This document shows, piece by piece, positions 8,968 through 18,602 of a DNA stretch of 64,000 bases. This DNA comes from Candidatus Omnitrophota bacterium (GTDB lineage Bacteria > Omnitrophota > Gorgyraeia > Pluralincolimonadales > Pluralincolimonadaceae): positions 3,882 through 67,881 of the forward strand of contig JBAZJG010000005.1 of assembly GCA_041651455.1 (NCBI GenBank), written 5' to 3'. A program made the translations under genes and the position numbers. The stretch's first letter is position 1, and the number at the start of each line of letters is the position of its first letter. The notes below the pieces were generated by a model. The model worked only from the letters and a program-made list of their open reading frames with translations. It did not search any database and was not told the origin of the DNA.

Positions 8968-9717
8968 ATGTCCGGACATTCAAAATGGAAGACACAAAAG
9001 AACAAGAAGGCCGCTGCTGACGCGGTAAAGGGCAGGGCGTTCACGAAGGCGACAAAAGAGATCACCGTAGCCGCGAAAGACGGCGGCGGCGACCCCGATA
9101 CGAACCCGAGGCTGCGTTTCGCGCTGGCAAAAGCCAGGGAAGTGAACATGCCTAAGGATAACATCGAAAAGGCGATAAAAAAGGGCACCGGCGAGCTTCC
9201 CGGCGTCGTTTACGAGACGATCTACTACGAAGTATACGGGCCCGGCGGCGTGGCTATCATAGTCGAGGCGCTTACCGACAACAAGAACAGGGCTTCGGCG
9301 GAAATAAAGAACATCCTTTCGCGCAAGGGCGGCAGCATGGCGGGGACGGGCTCGGTATCGCGCCTGTTCCACAAGAAAGGCCTTATCGTCGTCGAGAAGT
9401 CGAAGATAGACGAGGATAAGCTCATGGATATCGTCCTCAACGCCGGCGCCGAGGACATGGCGACCGAGGATACCGTTTACGAGATAACGACGGACCCGAA
9501 GGATTTCGAAAAGGTAAAGAAGGCGCTTGACGACAACAAGGTCGAATGCCAGAGCGCGGAAGTCACGACGCTGCCGACGATGACGGTGAAGGTGGCGGGA
9601 GCCGCCGCGAAACAGGTGCTCGCGCTCGTCGAGATGCTGGAAGATTACGAGGACGTCCAGAACGTCTACGCGAATTTCGATATTCCCGACGACATACTGG
9701 AGCAGCCCAAGGACTGA
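8968..9717 (+). CDS. yebC: YebC/PmpR family DNA-binding transcriptional regulator
   Basis: The N-terminus MSGHSKWKTQKNKKAAADAVKGRAFTK..NPRLRFALAKAREVNMPKDNIEKAIKKG is diagnostic of the family. The gene lies in the conserved yebC-ruvCAB order. Confidence 0.9.
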   Translation: MSGHSKWKTQKNKKAAADAVKGRAFTKATKEITVAAKDGGGDPDTNPRLRFALAKAREVNMPKDNIEKAIKKGTGELPGVVYETIYYEVYGPGGVAIIVEALTDNKNRASAEIKNILSRKGGSMAGTGSVSRLFHKKGLIVVEKSKIDEDKLMDIVLNAGAEDMATEDTVYEITTDPKDFEKVKKALDDNKVECQSAEVTTLPTMTVKVAGAAAKQVLALVEMLEDYEDVQNVYANFDIPDDILEQPKD

Positions 9718-9719
9718 TA

Positions 9720-10241
9720 ATGAGGATACTGGGTATCGACCCAGGGTTATGCATAACGGGTTACGGGCTCATAGAAGCCGGCCCGCGCGGCCTCAGACTG
9801 ATAGAGGCGGGCGTGGTAAGGACGTCCGCAAAAGACGATATAGAAGCAAGGCTCGCAAGGATATATGAGGGCCTCGAAGGGCTCGTAAAGGAGCACAGGC
9901 CCGAAGTCTTCGTGCTCGAGCAGCTCTATTCGCATTACAAGCACCCGATGACGGCGATACTTATGGGGCACGCGAGGGGCGTCATATGCCTGCTCGCGAA
10001 GCGGTCGGGCGCTAAGCTCGTAGGGTATCCCGCGACCCGCATCAAGAAGGCTTTGACGGGCGCAGGGCATGCAAGCAAGAACCAGATACAGCGCATGATA
10101 CAGGGCGTCTTCGGCATGGCAGCGATGCCGGAACCGCCCGACATTTCGGACGCGCTGGCACTCGCGGTCGCCCATGCATACATGGCGCAGAAAGAGCCCG
10201 TCACTAAATTAACCCTGAAGGTCAACCGGGGGAACAGATGA
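9720..10241 (+). CDS. ruvC: Crossover junction endodeoxyribonuclease RuvC
   Basis: MRILGIDPGLCITGYGLIE... begins at ATG 9720, 2 nt after the yebC stop. The ORF-track start at 9546 is an Arg/Gly-rich extension overlapping yebC and is rejected. Confidence 0.9.
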   Translation: MRILGIDPGLCITGYGLIEAGPRGLRLIEAGVVRTSAKDDIEARLARIYEGLEGLVKEHRPEVFVLEQLYSHYKHPMTAILMGHARGVICLLAKRSGAKLVGYPATRIKKALTGAGHASKNQIQRMIQGVFGMAAMPEPPDISDALALAVAHAYMAQKEPVTKLTLKVNRGNR

Positions 10242-10870
10242 TATCCCATATCCGCGGAAAGATCGCCAAGCGCAAGCCGTCGTCTCTTATCCTCGACGTG
10301 GACGGCGGGTTCTCCTACGAAGTCCTTATACCGGGCTGCGTCATGAAGGCGATAGACGGCAGCACGGCTCCCGACGGAACGGTCAAGCTCATAACGTACC
10401 ACTACCACCATACCGACCCCGCCCGCAGCATACCGGTCCTCATAGGTTTCCTCAACGAGATAGAGAAGGAATTCTTCGAGAAGTTCATAACGGTTTCCGG
10501 CATAGGGCCGAAGGCCGCCGTAAAGGCGCTCAACGCCTCCATACCGCAGGTGGTCAAGGCGATAGCCGACGGCGACCTGTCCACGCTGAAGTCCCTTCCG
10601 GGCATAGGCGAGCAGAGGGCAAAGGAGATAGTCGCGAAACTGCAGAACAAGGTCGGGAAGTTCGGCCTGATACGCGAATACGGCATAGAGGTCACGGTAT
10701 CGAAGGGGCAGGATTTTGTCGAGGAGGCGGTCGATGTCCTGCTGCAGCTGCAGTATACGAAGCAGGAGGCGAAGGATATGGTGCAGAAGGCGCTGCAGCG
10801 TTCGCCGAAGATGGACACCGCCGAGGACCTCCTGAACGAAGTATACAAAAATAAGAAGGGCGCAAAGTGA
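10238..10870 (+). CDS. ruvA: Holliday junction branch migration complex subunit RuvA
   Basis: ATGA overlap with ruvC. The HhH motifs are [13 protein letters not shown] and [13 protein letters not shown]. Confidence 0.9.
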   Translation: MISHIRGKIAKRKPSSLILDVDGGFSYEVLIPGCVMKAIDGSTAPDGTVKLITYHYHHTDPARSIPVLIGFLNEIEKEFFEKFITVSGIGPKAAVKALNASIPQVVKAIADGDLSTLKSLPGIGEQRAKEIVAKLQNKVGKFGLIREYGIEVTVSKGQDFVEEAVDVLLQLQYTKQEAKDMVQKALQRSPKMDTAEDLLNEVYKNKKGAK

Positions 10871-11919
10871 GCTCCGATAAGGCCAGAGAGGAAGGGCCGC
10901 TGCGCGAGAAACTGGTCGTCGCGCAGGAGGCCGAAGAAGACGCGATACTGAACCTGTCGCTGCGGCCGGCGAAGGTCGGTGATTTCGTCGGGCAGAAGGA
11001 CGTTGTCGATAACGTACTGATAGCTATCGCCGCCGCTAAAGGCCGCAAGGAGCCGCTCGAGCACGTGCTCTTCTCGGGCCCTCCCGGACTCGGCAAGACG
11101 ACGCTCGCCCATATAATCGCGGCCGAGATGGGTACTAAGATAACGGCGACATCGGGGCCCGCCATAGAACGCGCGGGGGACCTTATAGGGATCCTGACGA
11201 ACCTCGGGGAAGGCGATATACTTTTCATAGACGAGATACACCGGCTCTCTAAGGTCGTCGAGGAGTTCCTCTACCCTGCGATGGAGAATTACCAGATAGA
11301 TTTCACCATAGATAAGGGGCCGTACGCGAAAACGATAAAGTTCAACCTTAAGCGTTTCACGCTGATAGGCGCGACGACCCGTTCCGGACTGCTGAGCGCG
11401 CCGATGCGCGGAAGGTTCGGGATGCATTATACGCTGGATTTCTATTCCCCGGAGGACCTTGTCCGGATAGTGAAGAGATCGGCCGATATACTCAAGATCG
11501 GCCTCGATAAGGAGAGCGCCGCGGAGATATCCCGCCGCGCGCGCGGAACCCCGCGTATCGCGAACAGGCTGCTGCGAAGGGTAAGGGATTACGCCGAAGT
11601 CAAGAACGGCGGCAAGGTCGACGCGAATACGGTCGACAGGGCGCTCGCTATGCTCGGCATCGATAACATTGGCCTCGATGCGCTCGACAGGAAAGTGCTC
11701 AAGGCGGTCATAGAGACATACAAGGGCGGGCCGGTCGGCATAGAATCCCTTGCCGCGACGCTGAACGAAGAGCCCGATACGATATCCGACGTCGTCGAAC
11801 CGTTCCTGCTGAAGATTGGGTTCCTGAAACGGACCCCGAGAGGCAGGGAGGCGACGGACGCCGCCTGCGAACACATGAAAGTCCCCTCCAAAAAAGAGCC
11901 CCGGAAGGAGTTATTTTAG
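10867..11919 (+). CDS. ruvB: Holliday junction branch migration DNA helicase RuvB
   Basis: GTGA overlap with ruvA. Walker A is [11 protein letters not shown] and Walker B is LFIDEIHRL; [15 protein letters not shown] is also present. Confidence 0.95.
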   Translation: MSSDKAREEGPLREKLVVAQEAEEDAILNLSLRPAKVGDFVGQKDVVDNVLIAIAAAKGRKEPLEHVLFSGPPGLGKTTLAHIIAAEMGTKITATSGPAIERAGDLIGILTNLGEGDILFIDEIHRLSKVVEEFLYPAMENYQIDFTIDKGPYAKTIKFNLKRFTLIGATTRSGLLSAPMRGRFGMHYTLDFYSPEDLVRIVKRSADILKIGLDKESAAEISRRARGTPRIANRLLRRVRDYAEVKNGGKVDANTVDRALAMLGIDNIGLDALDRKVLKAVIETYKGGPVGIESLAATLNEEPDTISDVVEPFLLKIGFLKRTPRGREATDAACEHMKVPSKKEPRKELF

Positions 11920-11925
11920 CCGGTC

Positions 11926-13080
11926 ATGCGCAATCGCCTCCTGTTAACCATCCTGACCTTACTCGCAGTTAATCTTACCGACGCGGCAGCCGCGCCGGTG
12001 GTCCGCGTCGCCATAGCGAAGGATTTTGATTCGGTAAAGATATTCATAGCGGGCGATTACAGGGTAACAGACCTCATATCGAAAGCTGTGCTGCTCGAAG
12101 GCAAATATGCGGCCGAGACGGCTTTGGCCGCCGGCGGCGCGGGCGGTTTCAGAATGGGGGATTCCCGCTTATCCGCCGACGCGATAAGCATAGAGCCGCT
12201 CGGGGGCGCGAGGGCATATATAAACGACCGCATATTCAGGGGCGGCATAAGGGTATACAAGAACGCAGGGAAGATCACGGTGGTCAACGCGGTCGACCTC
12301 GAGGAATACCTTTACGGCGTCATACGCAACGAAGTGTCGACCTGGTGGCCGATGGAAGCGCTGAAGGCGCAGGCGATCGCGGCAAGGACATATGCGCTCA
12401 ACCAGATGAAGGAATCGAAGGGCAAGGACTACGACGTGCAGGCGGACGTCAGCTCGCAGGTCTACGGCGGGATATTCTCGGAGAAATGGAGGACGAACAG
12501 GGCGGTCGACCAGACGAAGGGCCTCGTGCTGACATATAACGGCGCGATATTCCCGGCGTTCTTCCACGCGACATGCGGCGGAAGCACCTTCGACGCCGCG
12601 AACCTCTGGAACATAAGCCTGCCCCCGCTCAAGGGGGTCAAATGCGACTGGTGCCGCAAGTCCCCGCATTATTATTGGGAGCGCTGGACGCCCGTGAACG
12701 AGGCGGAGAAGAAGCTTGAGGACGCCGGATACCCCGTCGGAGATATCCTCGGCTTCGAAGTGCTCAGGAAGGACCCGTCCGGCAGGGTACTCGAATTGAG
12801 GGTAAAGGGCAGCAAGGGAGACGCGGTCATGCTCGCAAAGGATTTCAGGAGGATCATCGGTTCGGACATAGTCAGGAGCACGAACTTCAAGGTGACGGTC
12901 GTCGGGGAATACGCCGCTTTTGAGGGGCTCGGCTGGGGGCACGGGGTAGGGTTTTGCCAGTGGGGCGCGTATTACATGTCGCGCGCGGGGAAGAAGGCGG
13001 ACGAGATACTGTATTTTTATTATCCGGGGGCGAAGATAATGGGGGATTACGGGGCCGGCGAGGCCAAGGGGAAGATATGA
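11926..13080 (+). CDS. spoIID: SpoIID/LytB domain protein (peptidoglycan lytic enhancer)
   Basis: A signal peptide is followed by EEYLYGVIRNEVSTWWPMEALKAQAIAARTYAL and ..FFHATCGGST.., which are typical of SpoIID. Confidence 0.8.
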   Translation: MRNRLLLTILTLLAVNLTDAAAAPVVRVAIAKDFDSVKIFIAGDYRVTDLISKAVLLEGKYAAETALAAGGAGGFRMGDSRLSADAISIEPLGGARAYINDRIFRGGIRVYKNAGKITVVNAVDLEEYLYGVIRNEVSTWWPMEALKAQAIAARTYALNQMKESKGKDYDVQADVSSQVYGGIFSEKWRTNRAVDQTKGLVLTYNGAIFPAFFHATCGGSTFDAANLWNISLPPLKGVKCDWCRKSPHYYWERWTPVNEAEKKLEDAGYPVGDILGFEVLRKDPSGRVLELRVKGSKGDAVMLAKDFRRIIGSDIVRSTNFKVTVVGEYAAFEGLGWGHGVGFCQWGAYYMSRAGKKADEILYFYYPGAKIMGDYGAGEAKGKI

Positions 13081-14120
13081 GGCTCAGCGAATTCGACTAC
13101 AGGCTGCCGGAAGAGCTTATTGCGCAGTATCCCGCGCAGGCACGTGACGCCTCGCGGCTCATGGTGGTCCACAAGATATCCAGGAAGATCGAGCACAGGA
13201 ACTTTTCCGACATCGCGGATTATATAGGCCCGGCGGACTGCGTCGTCGTCAACGATACGAAGGTCATAAAGGCGCGCATACCGGGCAAGCGCGCGGATAC
13301 CGGCGGCAAGGCCGAGGTCATGCTGATAGAGAAGCTCAGCGATAAGCTCTACAAGTGCCTGATAGACACCTCGACGAAGATAAAAGTGGGCACGAAGTTC
13401 GTCTTCGGCAGCGGGGAACTTACGGGAGTGATACGCGGGGAGAGCGAGGGCATCAGGCTCATAGAGTTCAGCATAAACGGCGCGGACTTCAACTCGATAC
13501 TCGAGAAGATAGGCATAGTGCCGCTGCCCCCGTATATCAAGAGGGCGCCCGAGAAGGCGGACGAGGAGAGGTACCAGACCGTCTACGCGAAATCACCCGG
13601 GGCGGTCGCGGCCCCGACGGCGGGCCTGCATTTCACCGGCGATGTCATAAATAAGATCAAGTCTACCGGCGCGTCCGTCGAATCCGTGACGCTGCACGTA
13701 GGGTACGGGACGTTCAAGCCGGTCACGTCCGATGACGTGACGAGGCATAAGGTGGAGCCCGAGCTCTTCGACCTGAAGCCCGAGACAGCCCAGAAGCTCA
13801 ACGGCATCAAGGAGAACGGCGGCAAGATATTCGCCGTCGGTACGACCACATGCAGGGTCCTCGAGAGCCAGGCGCAGCTCGTCAAGGGCTCGAAAAACAG
13901 GGTAGGTCCCGGGAAGGGATGGACGAACCTGTTCATATATCCTCCTTATAACTTCAAGTTCGTTGACGCGCTCGTTACGAATTTCCACCTTCCGAAGACG
14001 ACGCTGCTGATGCTCGTCGCCGCGTTCTGCGGCAGGGAGGTCATGCTGCAGGCGTATGAAGAGGCCGTGAAAGAGAAGTACAGGTTCTACAGCTACGGCG
14101 ATTCGATGCTGATAATATGA
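13077..14120 (+). CDS. queA: tRNA preQ1(34) S-adenosylmethionine ribosyltransferase-isomerase QueA
   Basis: MRLSEFDYRLPEELIAQYP.. begins at ATG 13077 (ATGA overlap with spoIID). TNFHLPKTTLLMLV is present. The ORF-track start at 12954 is rejected. Confidence 0.9.
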   Translation: MRLSEFDYRLPEELIAQYPAQARDASRLMVVHKISRKIEHRNFSDIADYIGPADCVVVNDTKVIKARIPGKRADTGGKAEVMLIEKLSDKLYKCLIDTSTKIKVGTKFVFGSGELTGVIRGESEGIRLIEFSINGADFNSILEKIGIVPLPPYIKRAPEKADEERYQTVYAKSPGAVAAPTAGLHFTGDVINKIKSTGASVESVTLHVGYGTFKPVTSDDVTRHKVEPELFDLKPETAQKLNGIKENGGKIFAVGTTTCRVLESQAQLVKGSKNRVGPGKGWTNLFIYPPYNFKFVDALVTNFHLPKTTLLMLVAAFCGREVMLQAYEEAVKEKYRFYSYGDSMLII

Positions 14121-15238
14121 AGATAGAGATAATAGCCAGGGATACGCATACGCGCGCAAGGGCCGGCAAGGCGGCCACTTCGCACGGGGAGTTCGAGACG
14201 CCGGCGTTCATGCCGGTCGGCACGCAGGCGACCGTAAAGACGCTTTCTAACGGCGATCTCACGGAATGCGGCGTGCAGATCCTGTTATCGAACGCGTACC
14301 ATTTATACCTGCGGCCGGGCGAAGATATCATAAGGAACGCCGGGGGCCTGCATAAGTTCATGGGCTGGGACAGGCCCATATTGACCGACTCGGGGGGTTT
14401 CCAGGTCTTCAGCCTGGCGGTCCTGCGCAAGGTCACCGATGAGGGCGTCGAGTTCCAGTCGCACATAGACGGCTCGAAGCACTTCCTGACCCCGGAGAAG
14501 ATGGTAGGGTTCCAAACCGCGCTCGGAAGTGATATAATGATGGTCCTTGACGAGTGCGTCCATTACCCGTGCGAACATGAGATGGCGAAGAGCGCGGTAA
14601 AGAGGACGCTCGACTGGGCGAAGCTATCGAAGAAGGCGTTCGACCCCGGAACAAGACAGCACCTCTTCGGCATAGTGCAGGGCGCTTCATACAAGGACCT
14701 GAGGCAGGAATGCGCCGAGGAGCTGGTTAAGATGGATTTTGACGGTTACGCGCTCGGGGGGCTTGCGGTGGGCGAGCCGAAGGAGATAACTGCGGAGATG
14801 ACGGCTTTCACGGCCGCGCTGCTTCCCGAAGGGAAGCCCCGATACCTTATGGGCGTCGGCGAGCCGCAGGATATCCTCGAGGCGGTATCGTCGGGCATAG
14901 ACATGTTCGACTGCGTCGTGCCCACGCGCAACGGGCGCAACGGGACCGCGTTCACGTCGAACGGGCGTTTTTCGGTCAGGAATGCCGCCAATTCGCGGGA
15001 CCTCGGGCCCATCGAAGAGGGATGCGGCTGTTACGCGTGCAGGAACCATACGCGCAGTTATATAAGGCACCTCTTCAATACGGACGAGATACTCGGCTTA
15101 AAGCTCGTCTCGCTGCATAACGTTTATTTTTACCAGAAACTCATGCGCGAGATAAGGCAGGCGATAAAGGACGGGAAGTTCACGGAATACAAAAACGAAA
15201 GGACAGGAAGATGGAACAGCAGGCAGCAGGTTCAGTGA
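14117..15238 (+). CDS. tgt: Queuine tRNA-ribosyltransferase
   Basis: ATGA overlap with queA. TPAFMPVGTQATVK, DSGGFQV, LGGLAVGE and the zinc site CGCYACRNHTRSYIRHL are present. Confidence 0.95.
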   Translation: MKIEIIARDTHTRARAGKAATSHGEFETPAFMPVGTQATVKTLSNGDLTECGVQILLSNAYHLYLRPGEDIIRNAGGLHKFMGWDRPILTDSGGFQVFSLAVLRKVTDEGVEFQSHIDGSKHFLTPEKMVGFQTALGSDIMMVLDECVHYPCEHEMAKSAVKRTLDWAKLSKKAFDPGTRQHLFGIVQGASYKDLRQECAEELVKMDFDGYALGGLAVGEPKEITAEMTAFTAALLPEGKPRYLMGVGEPQDILEAVSSGIDMFDCVVPTRNGRNGTAFTSNGRFSVRNAANSRDLGPIEEGCGCYACRNHTRSYIRHLFNTDEILGLKLVSLHNVYFYQKLMREIRQAIKDGKFTEYKNERTGRWNSRQQVQ

Positions 15239-15504
15239 TCAGTTTTTTGCCCCTGATACTTATATTTGTGGTATTCTATTTTTTACTTATCAAACCGCAG
15301 CAGAAGGAACGCAAACGCCACGAAGAGATGGTCAAGAACCTCGCGAAGAACGATGAGGTGGTCACCTCCGGAGGCATCCACGGCACGATAGTCAACGTCA
15401 AGGAGACGTCCGTGGTGCTGCGCGTCGACGAGAACGCGAAGATGGAAGTCGACAAATACGCGATAGCTTACACAGTGAAGAAGAGGTCAGGAGAAGAGAA
15501 ATGA
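15211..15504 (+). CDS. yajC: Preprotein translocase subunit YajC
   Basis: A single TM segment FLPLILIFVVFYFLLIKPQQKR.. is followed by ..GDEVVTSGGIHGTIV.. in the conserved tgt-yajC-secDF order. Confidence 0.85.
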   Translation: MEQQAAGSVISFLPLILIFVVFYFLLIKPQQKERKRHEEMVKNLAKNDEVVTSGGIHGTIVNVKETSVVLRVDENAKMEVDKYAIAYTVKKRSGEEK

Positions 15505-17738
15505 AAAAGGGTCTTATCTGGAAATTAGCGCTTGTCCTTTTGCTCGCGGGCGTCTCAGCATGGCTCATAAACCCTGTGCTCGACATCAAGGATAAGGACG
15601 GCAAGGTGGTCAGGGAAGGGAAGATAAACCTCGGCCTCGACCTGCAGGGCGGCATGCATCTCGTGCTGAAGGTCGATACCTCTAAGATACCCGAAGAAGC
15701 GAGGAAGGACGCGGCCGACCGCGCGCTTGAGGTCATCCGCAACAGGATAGACGAGTTCGGCGTGAAGGAACCGCAGATATCCCCGCAGGGCAAGGACGAG
15801 ATAGTCGTCCAGCTGCCGGGCATAACCGACAGGGACAGGGCGCTCCAGCTCATAGGCAAGACGGCGCTCCTCGAGTTCAAGCTTGTTTCCGATGACGCCG
15901 AGGCGATCAAGAAAGCCCTCGGAGGGGAGACGCCGGCCGGTTATGAGCTCAAGGAAGATGAGAACGGCGATAAGATCCTGCTTGAAAAAGAGGCCGTCCT
16001 GACCGGTTCCGCGATCATCACGGCATATATGAGTTTTGACAATTCGCGTTTCAATGAACCGTACGTGGCGCTGGAGTTGAATTCGGAAGGCGCAAAGAAG
16101 TTCGCCGAGATAACGAAGAAATTCTGCAGGAGGGGCGGGATACCGGGCAGGCAGCTTGCCATCGTGCTTGACGGGAAAGTCAAGTCGGCGCCCGAACTGA
16201 AAGATCCCATTACCGACGGCAAGGCCGTGATAACGGGCAGGTTCTCGAAAGAGGACGCCAACGACCTCGCTATAGTGCTTAAGGTCGGCGCGCTTCCGGC
16301 CCCCGTATACATCGAGGAGGAGAGGACCGTCGGCCCGCTGCTCGGGCAGGACTCTATAAATGACGGCATCAGGGCCACGCTTCTCGGCGCGGCTTTCGTC
16401 GGGATTTTCATATTGGTCTATTACCTGTTCGCGGGTTTTGTGGCGGACATCGCGATGGCGCTGAACATACTTTTGCTGTTGGGTGCCATGGCATATTTCA
16501 AGGTAACGATGACGCTGCCCGGCATCGCGGGTATCGTGCTTACCCTCGGCATGGCGGTCGACGCGAACGTGCTTATACAGGAGAGGATGCGCGAAGAGAT
16601 CGAGGCGGGCAAGACGCTCGCTCAGGCCATAAGGCTCGGTTACGACAGGGCCATGAGCGCGATCATCGATTCCAACCTGACGACGGTAGTAGCCGCCATA
16701 TTCCTGTTCCAGTTCGGCACGGGCCCTATACGCGGGTTCGCGCTGACGCTCATAATCGGTCTTCTGATAAGCATGTTCACGTCCGTTTTTGTGACAAGGG
16801 TCATATTCGAGACGCTGTTAGGGCTTAAACTGCTGAAGGGCCTGCCGATGCTCAAGATCATCGGGACCCCGAAGTTCGACTATATAAAGATCCGCTGGAT
16901 ATGCTACGCGCTTTCTATCACGGTGCTCGCGGTAGGCATGGGCACTTATTTCATGAAAGGCCCGGATGTATACGGCGTGGACTTCAGGGGCGGCCAGGTC
17001 CAGGAATTCAAGTTCCGCGATACGGTGGATGCGAAGGACGTGCGCGCGGCGCTCGCGGAGATAAACCTCGGCAACGCCTCCGTCCAGCAGCTAAGGGACG
17101 ACCCCAAGGTCTTCATAATCCGCACCCAGGAAGAGGTCACCGACGAGATATCGAAGAAATTCGCATCGACCTTCAAGGAGAACAAGGCCGAGATAATAAA
17201 GATAGACAAGGTCGGGCCTTCGGTAGGCGGCCAGCTGAGGATGAAAGCTTTATACGCGATCGTCTTTTCGATGCTCGGCATCATGGTATATGTCGCGTTC
17301 AGGTTCAAGCACTGGTATTTCGCGCTTGCGGGCGTCATCGCGCTGTTCCATGACGTATTCGTCGCGATGGGATTCATGGCGCTTTCCGGGCGCGAGATGA
17401 CGCTTCTGATCGTCTCGGCACTGCTGACTATCGCCGGTTTTTCGATAAACGACACTATAGTTATCTATGACAGGATAAGGGAGAACGCGAAGCTGAACCA
17501 TAAGATGTCCCTGAGAGACCTTATAAACCTCAGCGTGAACCAGACGATGTCGAGAACTCTGCTGACATCCTTCACGGTGCTCGTGGTCGTGGCCGTGCTT
17601 TATATGTACGGCGGCGAAGTCCTCAACGATTTCGCGTTCTGTCTTCTCGTAGGGTTCATATCGGGCATCTATTCGACGGTCTTCATCGCGAGCCCGCTGA
17701 TATTGCTGTTCCACGGGAATAAAAAAAGGAACCTATGA
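15501..17738 (+). CDS. secDF: Protein translocase subunit SecDF (fused SecD-SecF)
   Basis: A single 745-aa ORF with no internal stop. The SecD periplasmic head (LGLDLQGGMHLVL) plus 6 TM segments is followed by the SecF part (GVDFRGG ... FSINDTIVIYDRIRE). Confidence 0.9.
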   Translation: MKKGLIWKLALVLLLAGVSAWLINPVLDIKDKDGKVVREGKINLGLDLQGGMHLVLKVDTSKIPEEARKDAADRALEVIRNRIDEFGVKEPQISPQGKDEIVVQLPGITDRDRALQLIGKTALLEFKLVSDDAEAIKKALGGETPAGYELKEDENGDKILLEKEAVLTGSAIITAYMSFDNSRFNEPYVALELNSEGAKKFAEITKKFCRRGGIPGRQLAIVLDGKVKSAPELKDPITDGKAVITGRFSKEDANDLAIVLKVGALPAPVYIEEERTVGPLLGQDSINDGIRATLLGAAFVGIFILVYYLFAGFVADIAMALNILLLLGAMAYFKVTMTLPGIAGIVLTLGMAVDANVLIQERMREEIEAGKTLAQAIRLGYDRAMSAIIDSNLTTVVAAIFLFQFGTGPIRGFALTLIIGLLISMFTSVFVTRVIFETLLGLKLLKGLPMLKIIGTPKFDYIKIRWICYALSITVLAVGMGTYFMKGPDVYGVDFRGGQVQEFKFRDTVDAKDVRAALAEINLGNASVQQLRDDPKVFIIRTQEEVTDEISKKFASTFKENKAEIIKIDKVGPSVGGQLRMKALYAIVFSMLGIMVYVAFRFKHWYFALAGVIALFHDVFVAMGFMALSGREMTLLIVSALLTIAGFSINDTIVIYDRIRENAKLNHKMSLRDLINLSVNQTMSRTLLTSFTVLVVVAVLYMYGGEVLNDFAFCLLVGFISGIYSTVFIASPLILLFHGNKKRNL

Positions 17739-18601
17739 GCAATAACAAGTTTGCCCAGATACGCAAACTGCTCCTGGTCATCCTCGCGCTGAACTGGGGC
17801 GTGGCCATCGCGAAGATCGTATACGGCCACCTGACGAACTCCGTTTCGATGTTCGCGGACGGCATCCATTCGCTCTCGGACGGCTCGTCGAACATAATAG
17901 GGCTGATAGGCATAGGTGTGGCCGCGCGCCCGAGGGACGTCGGGCATCCTTACGGCCACAGGAAGTACGAGACGCTCGCGTCGATGGCGATAGCCGTTGC
18001 GCTCTTTATGATAGCGTTCAGGCTGCTGAGCGATTCGGTCCATAAGTTGTGGCACCAGGAGCTGATAAATCCCGAGGCGAACCTGTTGAGCTTCATCGTT
18101 ATGGGCGTCACGATCGCGGTCAACGTCAGCGTGATGAAGTATGAGCGCAGGAAGGGCAAGGAGCTTAACAGCGATTTCCTCATCGCGGATTCGCTGCATA
18201 CGGGCTCCGACATTCTCGCCTCCGTCATGGTCGTCGTCAGCTTAATAAGCGTAAGGCTCGGCCTGCCCATAATCGACGTCATCGCGGGCATGGTCATATC
18301 GCTTCTGGTCGGCTATGTCGGCGTAAGCATACTCAGGGACAGTTCGAGGGTCCTGACCGATTATGCGGTCATAAATTCCCAGCAGATTACGGAGACCCTG
18401 TCAGACATGAAAGAGGTCATCGGCTGCCACCGCATACGCACGCGCGGCCGCACCGACGATGTCCATGTCGACCTGCACATCACTGTGGACAGGAACATGA
18501 GCGTGGGAAAGGCCCATGACCTCTCCACGGCGATAGAGAAGCGCATACGCGAGAAGTTTTCCGGCGTTACCGACGTGATGGTACACGTCGAGCCCGCGTA
18601 G
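17735..18601 (+). CDS. Cation diffusion facilitator family transporter
   Basis: ATGA overlap with secDF. There are six TM segments with the HSLSDG and HTGSD metal-site motifs, and a C-terminal cytoplasmic domain ..HRIRTRGRTDDVHVDLHI.. Confidence 0.85.
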   Translation: MSNNKFAQIRKLLLVILALNWGVAIAKIVYGHLTNSVSMFADGIHSLSDGSSNIIGLIGIGVAARPRDVGHPYGHRKYETLASMAIAVALFMIAFRLLSDSVHKLWHQELINPEANLLSFIVMGVTIAVNVSVMKYERRKGKELNSDFLIADSLHTGSDILASVMVVVSLISVRLGLPIIDVIAGMVISLLVGYVGVSILRDSSRVLTDYAVINSQQITETLSDMKEVIGCHRIRTRGRTDDVHVDLHITVDRNMSVGKAHDLSTAIEKRIREKFSGVTDVMVHVEPA

Positions 18602-18602
18602 C

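Noticed and set aside
9546-9719. N-terminal extensions suggested by the ORF track for ruvC (9546), queA (12954), dnaG (51964), the GspE-like ATPase (57416), the COG1579 protein (59034, inside tRNA-Val), the PilZ gene (60565, inside rnpB) and cvpA (50462, inside its promoter).
   Set aside because: The extensions overlap the preceding gene or an RNA gene and translate to Arg/Gly-rich junk. The conserved protein N-termini begin at internal starts that show ATGA coupling or a proper RBS.
10402-11874. A 490-aa minus-strand ORF antisense to ruvA/ruvB. Many similar long antisense or off-frame ORFs appear in the track, for example 6807..7727, 7728..8471, 25361..26320, 29661..30425, 38254..39255, 43338..44198, 46485..47204, 51047..51889, 54687..55757, 55423..56259, 56952..57782, 57779..58504 and 61052..62161.
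   Set aside because: Each lies entirely inside a gene with unmistakable family motifs on the other strand or frame. Their translations are Arg/Pro/Gly/Leu-rich and low-complexity, with no recognisable motifs or RBS. These are typical shadow ORFs of GC-biased coding DNA.
15501-17738. SecD and SecF considered as two separate genes.
   Set aside because: There is no stop codon or frameshift between the SecD-like and SecF-like halves. The ORF is a continuous 745-aa fusion.
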